Positions 21,665 to 33,910 are shown, numbered from the stretch's first letter. The stretch: DNA of 62,720 nucleotides from Devosia sp. (GCA_035548755.1 DASZSH010000088.1:1-62720), one strand, 5' to 3'. Made by a program: numbers and translations. Notes: generated by a model not told the origin, from the letters alone.

Positions 21665-21692
21665 CTTTTACGCCGAAATGGGAAAGAGTCAA
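21665..21692 (-). promoter_or_regulatory. Putative promoter for the leader and asd
   Basis: TTGACT-N16-TAAAAG, with a GANTC overlapping the -35. Confidence 0.5.
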
Positions 21693-21815
21693 TGAAGGGG
21701 CGCGGCCGCAAGATGGGGGTGGTCGAGAGCGGGGAGCGCCTGTCCCTCTGTCGCCCCTCGATTTTCGAGGAAGGTTTGACTGGCCACCCGCAACCTTCGT
21801 GCTAAGGGCCTGCTC

Positions 21816-23006
21816 ATGCGCAAGTGTGACGTGATCGTGCTGGGGGCCGGGGCCGCGGGGATGATGGCGGCGATCGAAGCGGGCAAGCGCGGCCGGTCGG
21901 CGCTGGTGATCGACCATGCCCGGGCGCCGGGCGAAAAGATCCGCATTTCGGGCGGCGGCCGGTGCAATTTCACCAATATCCACGCCACGGCGAAGACAGC
22001 GGGCGAGCGGTTCATTTCGGGCAATCCCAAATTCGCGATCTCGGCGCTGAGCCGCTATACGCCCGAGCGCTTCATCGGCCTGGTGCGCAGCTATGGCATC
22101 GCCTTTCATGAAAAGACGCTGGGCCAGCTCTTCTGCGACGGCTCTTCCGCGCAGATCGTCAACATGCTGACGGCCGAAATGGGCAAAGCCGGCGCGGAGC
22201 TCAGGCTTTCGAGCGAGATCGAGGCGGTCGAGCGGGCAGAGGGGTGCTGGCGCGTTCGGCTTGCGGAGGGCACGATCGAGGCCGGCGCGCTCGTGGTGGC
22301 GACGGGAGGCAAATCGATCCCCAAGATGGGGGCGAGCGGGATGGCCTACCGGCTTGCGGCCCAGTTCGGCCTCAAAGTGACCGAGACCCGGCCGGCGCTG
22401 GTACCGCTCACCTTCGAGCCCACGCTGCTCAGCCGGCTTGCGCCGCTCGCCGGGGTTTCGACCGAAGCGGTGGTGAGCGCCAACGGTCACAGCTTCCGCG
22501 AAGCGCTGCTCTTTACCCATCGAGGGCTCAGCGGACCGGCGGTGCTGCAGGTTTCCTCATACTGGCGGGAGGGCGACGAGATCGAGGTGAACCTGATGCC
22601 GGATGCGGATGTGCCGGGGCTGCTGAAGGCGGCCCGGAGCGCAACTCCGAAGCTCAGGCTGCAGACGGTGCTGGCGGCGCACCTGCCCAGGCGCCTTGCG
22701 CAGATGCTGGCCGAGGAGATCGCCCTCCCCGGCATGATCGGGGATTTCCCGGACGGCAAGATTGCTGCAGCGGCCGAGGCGCTCAAGCGCTGGCGGCTCA
22801 AGCCCACCGGATCGGAAGGCTATCGCACGGCGGAGGTGACGCTGGGCGGGGTGGACACTGCGGGGCTCAACTCGACGACCATGGAGGCACGGGAGGCGCC
22901 GGGGCTCTATTTTGCGGGTGAGGCGGTGGACGTAACGGGGTGGCTGGGGGGCTACAACTTCCAGTGGGCCTGGGCGAGCGGCTGGGCCGCAGGCCAGGCG
23001 GCGTGA
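21816..23006 (+). CDS. HI0933/BaiN family flavoprotein
   Basis: GAGAAG, KIRISGGGRCNFTN, LFTHRGLSGP, GGYNFQWAWASG. Confidence 0.92.
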   Translation: MRKCDVIVLGAGAAGMMAAIEAGKRGRSALVIDHARAPGEKIRISGGGRCNFTNIHATAKTAGERFISGNPKFAISALSRYTPERFIGLVRSYGIAFHEKTLGQLFCDGSSAQIVNMLTAEMGKAGAELRLSSEIEAVERAEGCWRVRLAEGTIEAGALVVATGGKSIPKMGASGMAYRLAAQFGLKVTETRPALVPLTFEPTLLSRLAPLAGVSTEAVVSANGHSFREALLFTHRGLSGPAVLQVSSYWREGDEIEVNLMPDADVPGLLKAARSATPKLRLQTVLAAHLPRRLAQMLAEEIALPGMIGDFPDGKIAAAAEALKRWRLKPTGSEGYRTAEVTLGGVDTAGLNSTTMEAREAPGLYFAGEAVDVTGWLGGYNFQWAWASGWAAGQAA

Positions 23007-23018
23007 ATTCCGCCGCCC

Positions 23019-23047
23019 TTGCCGGGCGCGCGCAGCTTGGGTATAGA
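23019..23047 (+). promoter_or_regulatory. Putative sigma70 promoter for the leader peptide and ABC exporter
   Basis: TTGCCG (23019-23024)-N17-TATAGA (23042-23047). Confidence 0.65.
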
Positions 23048-23082
23048 GGCGGCTCTTCAACACGTCCCCAGGGAGGCGCCGC

Positions 23083-23133
23083 ATGACCATTGGCTCGTTC
23101 CGCCTCAAGCGCGGAGTGTCGGCGACGCTTTAG
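23083..23133 (+). CDS. Putative leader peptide MTIGSFRLKRGVSATL
   Basis: Strong SD AGGGAGG (23070-23076), ATG 23083, TAG 23131-23133; contains R-L-K; lies between the promoter and the ABC gene. Confidence 0.65.
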   Translation: MTIGSFRLKRGVSATL

Positions 23134-23261
23134 CTCGCCCCGCAGGCCCCGAGGGGCCCGCAACTTCCCTGCCGCAGACAAAGATGGGCGCCTCGCCCGG
23201 CCGCGGCATTCCGACTGAACCTTCATTTTCCGGGACCGGTGCGCTGCCACCGGCGTTGACC

Positions 23262-25064
23262 ATGGCCCGTTTCAAACTCGACCTCAGGGGCGACTCATAC
23301 CGCAAGGTGCTCGGCTTCACGTTCGCGCACTGGCGCAAGCAGCCCTGGCTGGTGCTCGCCATGTTCGCAAGCTTCATGCTGGCGACGATCGCCGACGTGC
23401 TGACGCCGCTATATGCCGGAAACCTGGTGGACGCGGTGGCCGGCGGCAGCTCGGCGGAGGCGTTGCGGGCAGCGCTCGCGGCCTTTGCAGTGCTGATCGC
23501 GCTCGGGCTCGCGGCGGTGCTGCTGCGGCAGATCGCGTTCATGGCGCTTATCCGCTTCACGATCCGGATGATGAGCGAGGTGGCGCAGACGGCGTTCGCG
23601 CGCGTGCAGCGGTTTTCGACCGACTGGCATGCCAACACCTTCGCGGGCTCGACAGTGCGCAAGATCACCCGCGCCATGAACGGGGTGGACGTGCTCAACG
23701 ATACGCTCATCATCATGCTGTTCCCCTCACTCGTGATGCTGGTGGGCACATCGGTGCTGCTGGGGGCGATCTGGCCGCTGATGGGCGCGGTGATCGCGGT
23801 GGGCTCGCTCGCCTATATCGGGCTGACGGTGGCGCTCTCGGTGGGCTATGTGTCGCCGGCGGCGACGCTCGCCAACCAGTGGGACACGCGCATGGGCGGG
23901 GCGCTCGCCGACGCGATCTCGTGCAACATGGTGGTCAAGGGGTTCGGCGCCGAGCGGCGCGAGGAGGAGCGGCTCGGCCAGGTGGTGGGCAAGTGGCAGA
24001 GCCGCACGGTGCGCACCTGGCGCCGCGGTACGCTCAATGGCGGCGTGCAGGGCGCGACGCTGATCCTATTGCGCACGGCCATCGTGGGTGTGGCGGTGCT
24101 GCTGTGGCAGCAGGGCGCGGCCAAGGCCGGCGACATCGCGCTGGTACTGACCTCGTTCTTCGTGCTGCAGGGCTATCTGCGCGACATCGGCCAGCATGTG
24201 CGCAACCTGCAGCGCGCCGTCAACGACATGGAAGAGCTGGTCGATATCCACCACCAGCCGCTGGGCATCGAGGATCGAGCGGACGCCAGGGCGCACGTGA
24301 TCGAGGAGGGGCGGGTGGAGTTCGACCGCGTGACGTTCCACTACGGGAAGCACGCCACGCCGCTTTATCGGGACTTTTCGGTGACGATCCCGGCCGGGCA
24401 GCGGGTGGGCCTGGTCGGCCACTCGGGCAGCGGCAAGACGACCTTCGTCAAGCTGATCCAGCGGCTCTACGATGTGACATCGGGGGCCATCCGCATCGAC
24501 GGGCACGACGTGCGCGACTTCACGCAGGCGGCGCTCCGGCGGCAGATCGCCATCGTGCAGCAGGAACCGATCCTGTTCCACCGATCGCTCGCCGAGAACA
24601 TCGCCTATGCGCGGCCGGGCGCGACGCGGGCCGAGGTGATGGAAGCGGCCAAACTGGCCAGCGCCCACGATTTCATCGCGGCGCTGCCCAAGGGCTACGA
24701 GACGCTAGTGGGCGAACGCGGGGTCAAGCTCTCGGGCGGCGAGCGCCAGCGCGTCGCCATCGCGCGGGCGTTCCTGGCGGATTCGCCCGTGCTGATCCTC
24801 GACGAGGCGACGAGCTCGCTCGATTCGGAATCGGAGCTGCTGATCCAGAAAGCGATGGAGCGGCTGATGGTGGGCCGCACGACCATCGTGATTGCGCACC
24901 GGCTCTCGACCGTGCGGGCGCTCGACCGGCTGCTGGTGTTCGACAAGGGCCGGATCGTCGAGGAAGGCACGCATGAAGAGCTGGTCAAGCGCGAGGGCGG
25001 CATCTACCGCCGGCTGTTCGAGCGGCAGGCGCTGGAGCTCACCAAGGGGCTGATGGTGGCGTAG
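23262..25064 (+). CDS. Fused ABC exporter (6 TM + ATPase, MsbA/MdlB-like half transporter)
   Basis: TM domain, GHSGSGKT, LSGGERQR, ILDEATS. An alternative in-frame ATG exists at 23184. Confidence 0.92.
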   Translation: MARFKLDLRGDSYRKVLGFTFAHWRKQPWLVLAMFASFMLATIADVLTPLYAGNLVDAVAGGSSAEALRAALAAFAVLIALGLAAVLLRQIAFMALIRFTIRMMSEVAQTAFARVQRFSTDWHANTFAGSTVRKITRAMNGVDVLNDTLIIMLFPSLVMLVGTSVLLGAIWPLMGAVIAVGSLAYIGLTVALSVGYVSPAATLANQWDTRMGGALADAISCNMVVKGFGAERREEERLGQVVGKWQSRTVRTWRRGTLNGGVQGATLILLRTAIVGVAVLLWQQGAAKAGDIALVLTSFFVLQGYLRDIGQHVRNLQRAVNDMEELVDIHHQPLGIEDRADARAHVIEEGRVEFDRVTFHYGKHATPLYRDFSVTIPAGQRVGLVGHSGSGKTTFVKLIQRLYDVTSGAIRIDGHDVRDFTQAALRRQIAIVQQEPILFHRSLAENIAYARPGATRAEVMEAAKLASAHDFIAALPKGYETLVGERGVKLSGGERQRVAIARAFLADSPVLILDEATSSLDSESELLIQKAMERLMVGRTTIVIAHRLSTVRALDRLLVFDKGRIVEEGTHEELVKREGGIYRRLFERQALELTKGLMVA

Positions 25065-25074
25065 GCCGCCGCCG

Positions 25075-26478
25075 TCAGCCGGCCTGCACGGCGCGCCAGG
25101 CCCGTATGACGGCCTGCGCACTCAGATCGACATCGGCCTCGGTGGTCGGCCCCGAGATGACGCTCAGGCGCATGATCCAGTCATCGCGCCACTGCGCTCC
25201 GCCCACGAAGCAGACGCCATCGTGCTGGACGCGGGCGATAACGGCCTCGGTCGCGGCCTTGCGAGATGCCGCATCGCCCTCACCGAAGTTCACGGCGACC
25301 TGGTTGAGCACGACATCGTTGAGAATGCGGATGCCCGGCTCGGCGGCGAGCCGCTCGGCAAAGCGCCGGGAAAGACTGCAGTGGCGTTCGACCATGGCCG
25401 CGATGCCCTGGCGCCCCAGCGCCCTGATCACGGCCCATACGGGGATGCCGCGGGCGCGGCGGGAGAGCTCGGGCACGTAGGCGGAAGGGACGCGATCGCC
25501 CTCAGCGATGGTGGGCAAGTAGGTGGACCACTGCGTCATGGCGCGGGCGAGCATCTGTTTGTCGCGCACGATGGCAAAGCCGGTGTCGTAGGGCGCCTGC
25601 AGCCATTTGTGGCCATCGGTGCACCAGGAATCGAAGAGCTCAAGGCCCTCGGTCAACTGACGCCGGGACGCGGTGGCGCGGGCCCACAGGCCGAAGGCGC
25701 CATCGACGTGGAGCCAGGCCCCCTGGGCGCGGGCGATGGGCGCGATCTCGGCGAAGGGATCGAAGGCGCCGGTGTTGATCTGGCCGGCCTGGGCGATGAC
25801 GATTTTCGGGCCCACAAGGCCCTTCATGGCGCGCTCGAGGGCGGCGGGCAGCATACGGCCCTGAGCATCGGTCTCGACCTTGATGACGCGGCGATAGCCA
25901 AAGCCGATGAGCTGCAGAGAGGAGAAGAGCGAAGAGTGCGCGTCGGCCCCGATCAGCACATGCACGGGCGGCGCGCCGAAGAGACCATCGGCATCGGGGT
26001 CCCAGCCGGCCTCGAGCAGCGTGGCGGTGCGCGCGGCGGCAAGGCAGGTACCGTTGGCGACGGTGGCGCCGGTTGCAAAGCCGACGCCGCTCTGACGCGG
26101 CAGATCGAGCAACTCGAGAAGCCAGGCTTCGGCCGCCTCCTCGAAGGCGGCGGCGGCGGGCGTGGGCGTGTGGTAGCCGGCATTCTGGCCCCAGGCGCTC
26201 ACCAGCCAATCGGCGGCGACGCCCACGGGGTTGGACGCGCCCATAACCCAGCCGAAGAAGCGCGGGCCGGTGATAGGCATGAGACCGCCCTCAGCCAGAG
26301 CCACCAGCTCATCGATCACCGAGGCGGCTTCGGCCCCCGTTTCGGGCAAGGGCGCGGTCAGCCGGCCGCGCATCTGGTGGTAGTCTGCGGCGAGCGGCCG
26401 CGGATCGCGAGCGACGGCCTCGCGGTAGTCGAGGGCATGCTGGCGGGCGTGCTCGAAGAGCGCAGCAAGCTCAGACAT
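25075..26478 (-). CDS. Group II PLP-dependent amino acid decarboxylase
   Basis: GPRFFGWV, HVDGAFG, DGHKWL (PLP lysine), ELSRRAR; GAGGAG SD. Confidence 0.88.
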   Translation of the reverse strand: MSELAALFEHARQHALDYREAVARDPRPLAADYHQMRGRLTAPLPETGAEAASVIDELVALAEGGLMPITGPRFFGWVMGASNPVGVAADWLVSAWGQNAGYHTPTPAAAAFEEAAEAWLLELLDLPRQSGVGFATGATVANGTCLAAARTATLLEAGWDPDADGLFGAPPVHVLIGADAHSSLFSSLQLIGFGYRRVIKVETDAQGRMLPAALERAMKGLVGPKIVIAQAGQINTGAFDPFAEIAPIARAQGAWLHVDGAFGLWARATASRRQLTEGLELFDSWCTDGHKWLQAPYDTGFAIVRDKQMLARAMTQWSTYLPTIAEGDRVPSAYVPELSRRARGIPVWAVIRALGRQGIAAMVERHCSLSRRFAERLAAEPGIRILNDVVLNQVAVNFGEGDAASRKAATEAVIARVQHDGVCFVGGAQWRDDWIMRLSVISGPTTEADVDLSAQAVIRAWRAVQAG

Positions 26479-26551
26479 CATCAGTTCTCCTCAGCCCCGA
26501 CGGACGCCGGTCCGATTGGGTAAAGGACGATGAACCCAGGCTGAACACGGA

Positions 26552-27649
26552 TCACGCGGCGAGCCGAGCAAGGATCGCCGCGCCCATTTCTGCAGTGCCG
26601 ATGGTCTTGCGGTTGTCCTGGGCGATATCGCCTGTCCTCAGGCCATCCTCGAGCACGGCGGCGATGGCCCATTCGAGCCGGTCAGCGAGCTCGATCATGC
26701 CGAAAGAATAGCGCAGGGCCATGGCGAAGCTTGCGAGCATGGCGATGGGGTTGGCGATGCCCTTGCCGGCGATATCCGGGGCCGAGCCATGCACCGGCTC
26801 GTAGAGGGCCTTGCGCTTGCCCGTCACCTTGTCGGGGGCACCCAGCGATGCCGAGGGGAGCATGCCCAGCGAGCCGGTGAGCATGGCGGCCGCATCGGAG
26901 AGAACGTCGCCGAAGAGATTGTCGGTGACCATGACATCGAACTGCTTGGGGTTGCGCACGAGCTGCATGGCGGCATTGTCGGCAAGGATGTGGTGGAACT
27001 CGAGATCGGGGTAGTCCCTGGCCACGGCCTGGGCCACCTCGTCCCACAGGACGCCTGACTTCATGACGTTCTTCTTATCGGCCGAGTGGACCTTCCTGCG
27101 GCGGGTGCGCGCCAGGTCGCAGGCGACGCGCACGATGCGATCGATCTCGTAGGTCTCGTAAACCTGGGTATCGACAGCCCGCTTCTGGCCGTTGCCCAGA
27201 TCGGTGATGGTCTTGGGCTCGCCGAAATAGACGCCGCCCGTGAGCTCGCGCACGATGAGGATATCGAGGCCCTCCACCAGCTCGCGCTTGAGCGAAGAAG
27301 CGTCGGCGAGAGCCGGATAGCAGATGGCCGGGCGAAGGTTGGCGAAGAGCCCCAAATCCTTGCGCAGGCGAAGGAGGCCCGCCTCCGGCCGCACCTCGTA
27401 GGGCACCTTGTCCCATTTCGGGCCGCCGACGGCGCCGAAGATGACGGCATCGGCCTGCAGGGCCTTGTGCATATCGTCCTCGGAGATGGCGACGCCATAC
27501 TTGTCGTAGGCAGAGCCGCCCACGAGCCCGGTGTCGGTCGAAAAATCGGCCTTCTGCTCGCGGTTAAGCCAGGCGACGAGTTTTTCAACCTCGGCCATGA
27601 CCTCAACACCGATACCATCGCCGGGGAGCAGGAGCAGTTTGTGGGACAT
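26552..27649 (-). CDS. leuB: 3-isopropylmalate dehydrogenase
   Basis: PGDGIG, RELTGGVYFG, NLFGDVLSD, EPVHGSAPDIAG. Confidence 0.97.
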   Translation of the reverse strand: MSHKLLLLPGDGIGVEVMAEVEKLVAWLNREQKADFSTDTGLVGGSAYDKYGVAISEDDMHKALQADAVIFGAVGGPKWDKVPYEVRPEAGLLRLRKDLGLFANLRPAICYPALADASSLKRELVEGLDILIVRELTGGVYFGEPKTITDLGNGQKRAVDTQVYETYEIDRIVRVACDLARTRRRKVHSADKKNVMKSGVLWDEVAQAVARDYPDLEFHHILADNAAMQLVRNPKQFDVMVTDNLFGDVLSDAAAMLTGSLGMLPSASLGAPDKVTGKRKALYEPVHGSAPDIAGKGIANPIAMLASFAMALRYSFGMIELADRLEWAIAAVLEDGLRTGDIAQDNRKTIGTAEMGAAILARLAA

Positions 27650-27657
27650 TGTTCTAC

Positions 27658-28050
27658 CTATGCTGAGGTGGCCGCGCCGATGCGGGCGGTAACTTCGATC
27701 TCGACCTTCATCTTGTCCTCGATCATTCTGGCGAGGACCATGGTGGCGGCCGGGCGGATGTCGCGGAAGACAGGGCCGACGGCGGCGACGACCTCGTCGA
27801 TATCGGCGTGATCACGGACGTAATAGACGACACGCACGGTGTCGGCCAGCGACGAGCCTAGCCCACGCAGGGCGCGGTCGATCGTGGCCAGAGCGTTGCT
27901 GGCCTGCGCGCCGGCGGTTTCGGGCATGCGCATCAGGGCATAATCATAGCCGGTCGTGCCCGAGACATAGATGGTATCGCCGTGGCGCACGGCGCGCGAG
28001 TAGCCGAACCTCTCCTCGAAGGGAGAGCCGGTCGAGACGCGCCGCACCAT
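27658..28050 (-). CDS. Rid/YjgF family protein
   Basis: GYSRAVR...YVSGTT...RPAATM...KVEIEVTA. Confidence 0.88.
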   Translation of the reverse strand: MVRRVSTGSPFEERFGYSRAVRHGDTIYVSGTTGYDYALMRMPETAGAQASNALATIDRALRGLGSSLADTVRVVYYVRDHADIDEVVAAVGPVFRDIRPAATMVLARMIEDKMKVEIEVTARIGAATSA

Positions 28051-28052
28051 GC

Positions 28053-28658
28053 TCAGACCCACGGCCGGCTGGCGGCGACTTTCTGTTCGAAGGCGGCGAT
28101 CTGGGCGCCCTCCTTCATGGTGGCGGCAATATCGTCGAGACCCTCGAGCAGCACCTGCTTGCGGGCCGGATCGATGTCAAAATGGATGACGCCGCCATCT
28201 GGGCCGCGGATGGTCTGGCTTTCGAGATCGACGGAGATGGTGGCATTGGCGCCGCGCTCGGCATCATCGAGCAGCAGCTTCAACTGTTCGGACGTGACGA
28301 CGATGGGCAGAATGCCGTTCTTGAAGCAGTTGTTGTAGAAGATATCGGCGAAGCTGGTGGAGATGACGCAGCGGATGCCGAAATCGAGGAGCGCCCATGG
28401 CGCATGCTCGCGCGAGGAGCCGCAGCCGAAATTGTCACCAGCGACGATGATCGAGGCCTTGCGGTAGGCCGGCTTGTTGAGCACAAAATCGGGGTTTTCG
28501 GTGCCATCCTCGTTGTAGCGCATCTCGGAGAAGAGGGCCGAGCCGAGGCCGGTGCGCTTGATGGTCTTCAAGTACTGCTTGGGGATGATCATGTCGGTGT
28601 CGATATTGATGATCGGCAGCGGCGCGGCCACGCCTGTGAGCTGGGTGAACTTTTCCAT
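28053..28658 (-). CDS. leuD: 3-isopropylmalate dehydratase small subunit
   Basis: [24 protein letters not shown]. Confidence 0.97.
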   Translation of the reverse strand: MEKFTQLTGVAAPLPIINIDTDMIIPKQYLKTIKRTGLGSALFSEMRYNEDGTENPDFVLNKPAYRKASIIVAGDNFGCGSSREHAPWALLDFGIRCVISTSFADIFYNNCFKNGILPIVVTSEQLKLLLDDAERGANATISVDLESQTIRGPDGGVIHFDIDPARKQVLLEGLDDIAATMKEGAQIAAFEQKVAASRPWV

Positions 28659-28749
28659 GATCGGCAACCCCTTTCGGCGGGGGTAATGGCGCGCTGGGGC
28701 CGCAAGGTCAAGGGCGGCAGGCCGGGCGGCGGTTCGCCCGCGGAGGCGC

Positions 28750-31050
28750 TCAGCCGCCCCCGAAAAGGCCCTTGAGCAGATCGCCGATGGTCTTGGGCGA
28801 GCGGTGTGGCGCCTCGGCCGGGGCCTGCTGCGGAGCAGACCCGGTGAGATCGAGCGGCGGGGCGGCGCCATCGGCCGACGTGGCATCGGGGGCCGGCGCG
28901 GCGCCATCGGGCGCGGGGGCCGTGCCGTCGGGCGCGGCCGAAGCGCCGTCGGCCGCGAGGCCGGCAAGCGGATCGTTGGCCTGGAGTTGGTCGGCGGGGA
29001 CGGCCGCAGAGGTCGCATCTGGCAGGTTGGCCGGCGTGAGCCCCTCATGCGCCTTGGCCATGAAGTCGGACCAGATCTGGGTGGGGACGGTGCCGCCGGC
29101 GAGCGATGTGCCGGTGTCGTCGTCGTTGCCCAGCCAGACGCCGCAGACCATGCGCGAGGTGAAGCCGACAAACAGCGCATCGCGCGCCTTCTGGCTGGTT
29201 CCGGTCTTGCCCCCGATCTGCCAGCCGGCGAGCTTGGCATGCCGGCCGGTGCCGATATCGAGGGCAGTCGACAGCATGTCGTTCATCTCGCCCACGACCA
29301 CCGGCGAGATGACGCGGCCGGGCCCGGCGGGAACGGAATCGTAAAGCACCTTGCCGTCGGCGGTCTCGATGCGGGTAATGACATTGGCGATGACGCCGTT
29401 GCCGCCATTGGCGAAGGGGGCATAGGCAGCGGTGAGCTCGAGCAGGGACACCTCCTGCGTGCCCAGGGCGATAGAGGGCACAGCCTGCAGCGGCGAGGAG
29501 ATGCCCATGCGCTGGGCGACTTCGACGACCTTGTCGGGCCCCACGATCCAGGCGAGCTGGGCGGCGACCGTATTGCGCGAATAGGCAAGGGCATCGCGCA
29601 GGGTCATCTGGCCCATGAATTTGTTGTCGGCGTCGGAGGGCGACCAGCCATTGATGTTGATCGGCTCGTCCTGGGCGATGGTGTCGGGCGTGTAGCCCTT
29701 CTCCATGGCCGCCATGTAGACGAAGGGCTTGAAGGTGGAGCCCGGCTGGCGGCGCGCCGTGACGGCGCGATTATACTGGCTCTGCTGGTAATCGGCGCCG
29801 CCGACCACGGCGCGGACTGCGCCGTCGGTATCCACGGCCACCAGGGCGCCCTGGGTGAAGTGGTACTTGGGACCCTGTTCGGTCACCGCCTCCTTGATCA
29901 GGAACTCGGCTTCCTTCTGCAGGTCCCAGTTGATGGTTGTGTAGACGACGATGTCCTGCTTGATGTCGCCCACATAGGACTGGACGAGCGTATCGACCCA
30001 ATCGGCCACGTAGGATTCGGCGCCGGCGACCTTGGTGCGGATCTTCTGGTTGGGATCGATCGTGGCGGCTTTGGCTTCGGCGGGCGTGATGTAGCCCTGC
30101 TCGGCCATGGCCTCGAGCACGAGCTTCTGGCGCGCCTCGACGCGGTCGGGCCGGCCCTTGGGGTTGAGCACGGACGGAGCCTGCATGGAGCCGGCGAGAA
30201 TGGCGGCCTCGCCCAGCGACAGGTTGCGCGCGGACTTGCCGAAATAGGTCTGCGAGGCAGCTTCGATGCCGGTGGCGTTGTTCCCGAAGAACATGCGGTT
30301 GAGGTAGAGATCGAGGATCTGATCCTTGGTGTAGTTGTGCTCCAGCCAGAGGGCGAGCAGCGCCTCCTGCACCTTGCGGCCGAGAGTCTGATCGGGGGTG
30401 AGAAAGAGATTCTTGGCGAGCTGCTGGGTGATGGTGGAGGCGCCGCGCGTGACATGGCCGGCCCTGAGGCTTTCGAGCGCCACCGCGCCCAGGCCCATCA
30501 CGTCGATGCCGAAGTGCTGGTAGAAACGCTTGTCTTCGATGGCGATGAACGCCTCGGGGACATATTGGGGCAGATCATCGAGGGAAACGGCTTCGCCGCC
30601 CATCTTGCCGCGGTTGGAAATGAGCTGGCCGTCGGCGGCGACGATGCGGATGTTGGCCGGCCGCTCGGGCACAGCCCAGGTCGACACCGCCGGCATCTGC
30701 ATCCAGTAGTAGTAGACGACGCCGGCCAGGCAGATGGCCCCCACAATGCCGAGCGTGGCGACCCAGTAGAAGAGCTTGCCGAGCAGACGCCAGAGGCTGA
30801 AGGGCCGGCGCTGCTTTCGGCCGCGGGGCTGCTTCTTCTGGCGGGGGGCGCGGCCGCGGCGTGGAGGTTCGTCACGTTCGTCGCTAGTGAAGAAGCCGCC
30901 GAAGCTGGGCTCGATGCGCTCGCCCTTTGCCGGTTTGCGGGCCCTGGCCTTCGCCGCGGGCTTCGACGAGCGGCCAGGGGCGGCGCCGCCGATGCGATCC
31001 TCGGGCGAAATCTCGAAATCCATCAGAGCCCCGGCTTTCTTCTTGCGCAT
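28750..31050 (-). CDS. Class A penicillin-binding protein (PBP1A family)
   Basis: TM anchor; transglycosylase motifs [19 protein letters not shown]; transpeptidase motifs STFK, SRN, KTG. Confidence 0.93.
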   Translation of the reverse strand: MRKKKAGALMDFEISPEDRIGGAAPGRSSKPAAKARARKPAKGERIEPSFGGFFTSDERDEPPRRGRAPRQKKQPRGRKQRRPFSLWRLLGKLFYWVATLGIVGAICLAGVVYYYWMQMPAVSTWAVPERPANIRIVAADGQLISNRGKMGGEAVSLDDLPQYVPEAFIAIEDKRFYQHFGIDVMGLGAVALESLRAGHVTRGASTITQQLAKNLFLTPDQTLGRKVQEALLALWLEHNYTKDQILDLYLNRMFFGNNATGIEAASQTYFGKSARNLSLGEAAILAGSMQAPSVLNPKGRPDRVEARQKLVLEAMAEQGYITPAEAKAATIDPNQKIRTKVAGAESYVADWVDTLVQSYVGDIKQDIVVYTTINWDLQKEAEFLIKEAVTEQGPKYHFTQGALVAVDTDGAVRAVVGGADYQQSQYNRAVTARRQPGSTFKPFVYMAAMEKGYTPDTIAQDEPININGWSPSDADNKFMGQMTLRDALAYSRNTVAAQLAWIVGPDKVVEVAQRMGISSPLQAVPSIALGTQEVSLLELTAAYAPFANGGNGVIANVITRIETADGKVLYDSVPAGPGRVISPVVVGEMNDMLSTALDIGTGRHAKLAGWQIGGKTGTSQKARDALFVGFTSRMVCGVWLGNDDDTGTSLAGGTVPTQIWSDFMAKAHEGLTPANLPDATSAAVPADQLQANDPLAGLAADGASAAPDGTAPAPDGAAPAPDATSADGAAPPLDLTGSAPQQAPAEAPHRSPKTIGDLLKGLFGGG

Positions 31051-31239
31051 GGCGACCGGCCGACTCCAGACAATCGGGAACGCACGCGCAATGCAAGCGC
31101 GACGCGGACTCCATCGGCCCGCGCGAACCCCCGGGTTGTCCAGACTAAATGTGGCCGGTTTATGTGGACTTAAGGGGGTGGCGGGGCCTGTGGCCGCATG
31201 GCCACAGCCGGGGCCCGGGCGGGGAACCGCGCCGGGCAG

Positions 31240-33720
<2,481 letters not shown>

Positions 33721-33910
33721 TCAGCGTCGAAAACCGCTGGCAAGGGTTTAGCGGATTGGGGAAATCTACCCAAGAGAAATGGCGTTTTTTGGCCAGATTT
33801 CAAGGGCGTCGGACCGCTTTGGGTGGACTGGGGAGCCGCCGGCGAGCGCGGCCACTGGAGGGCGGACGGGGGGCCGAAATGTCGCAGCGCCGCGACCTGC
33901 GCAAGCCAGC

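Noticed and set aside
21525-22520. 331-aa minus-strand ORF
   Set aside because: Mostly antisense to the HI0933 flavoprotein gene. Only its last 36 codons, downstream of the predicted promoter, are considered real.
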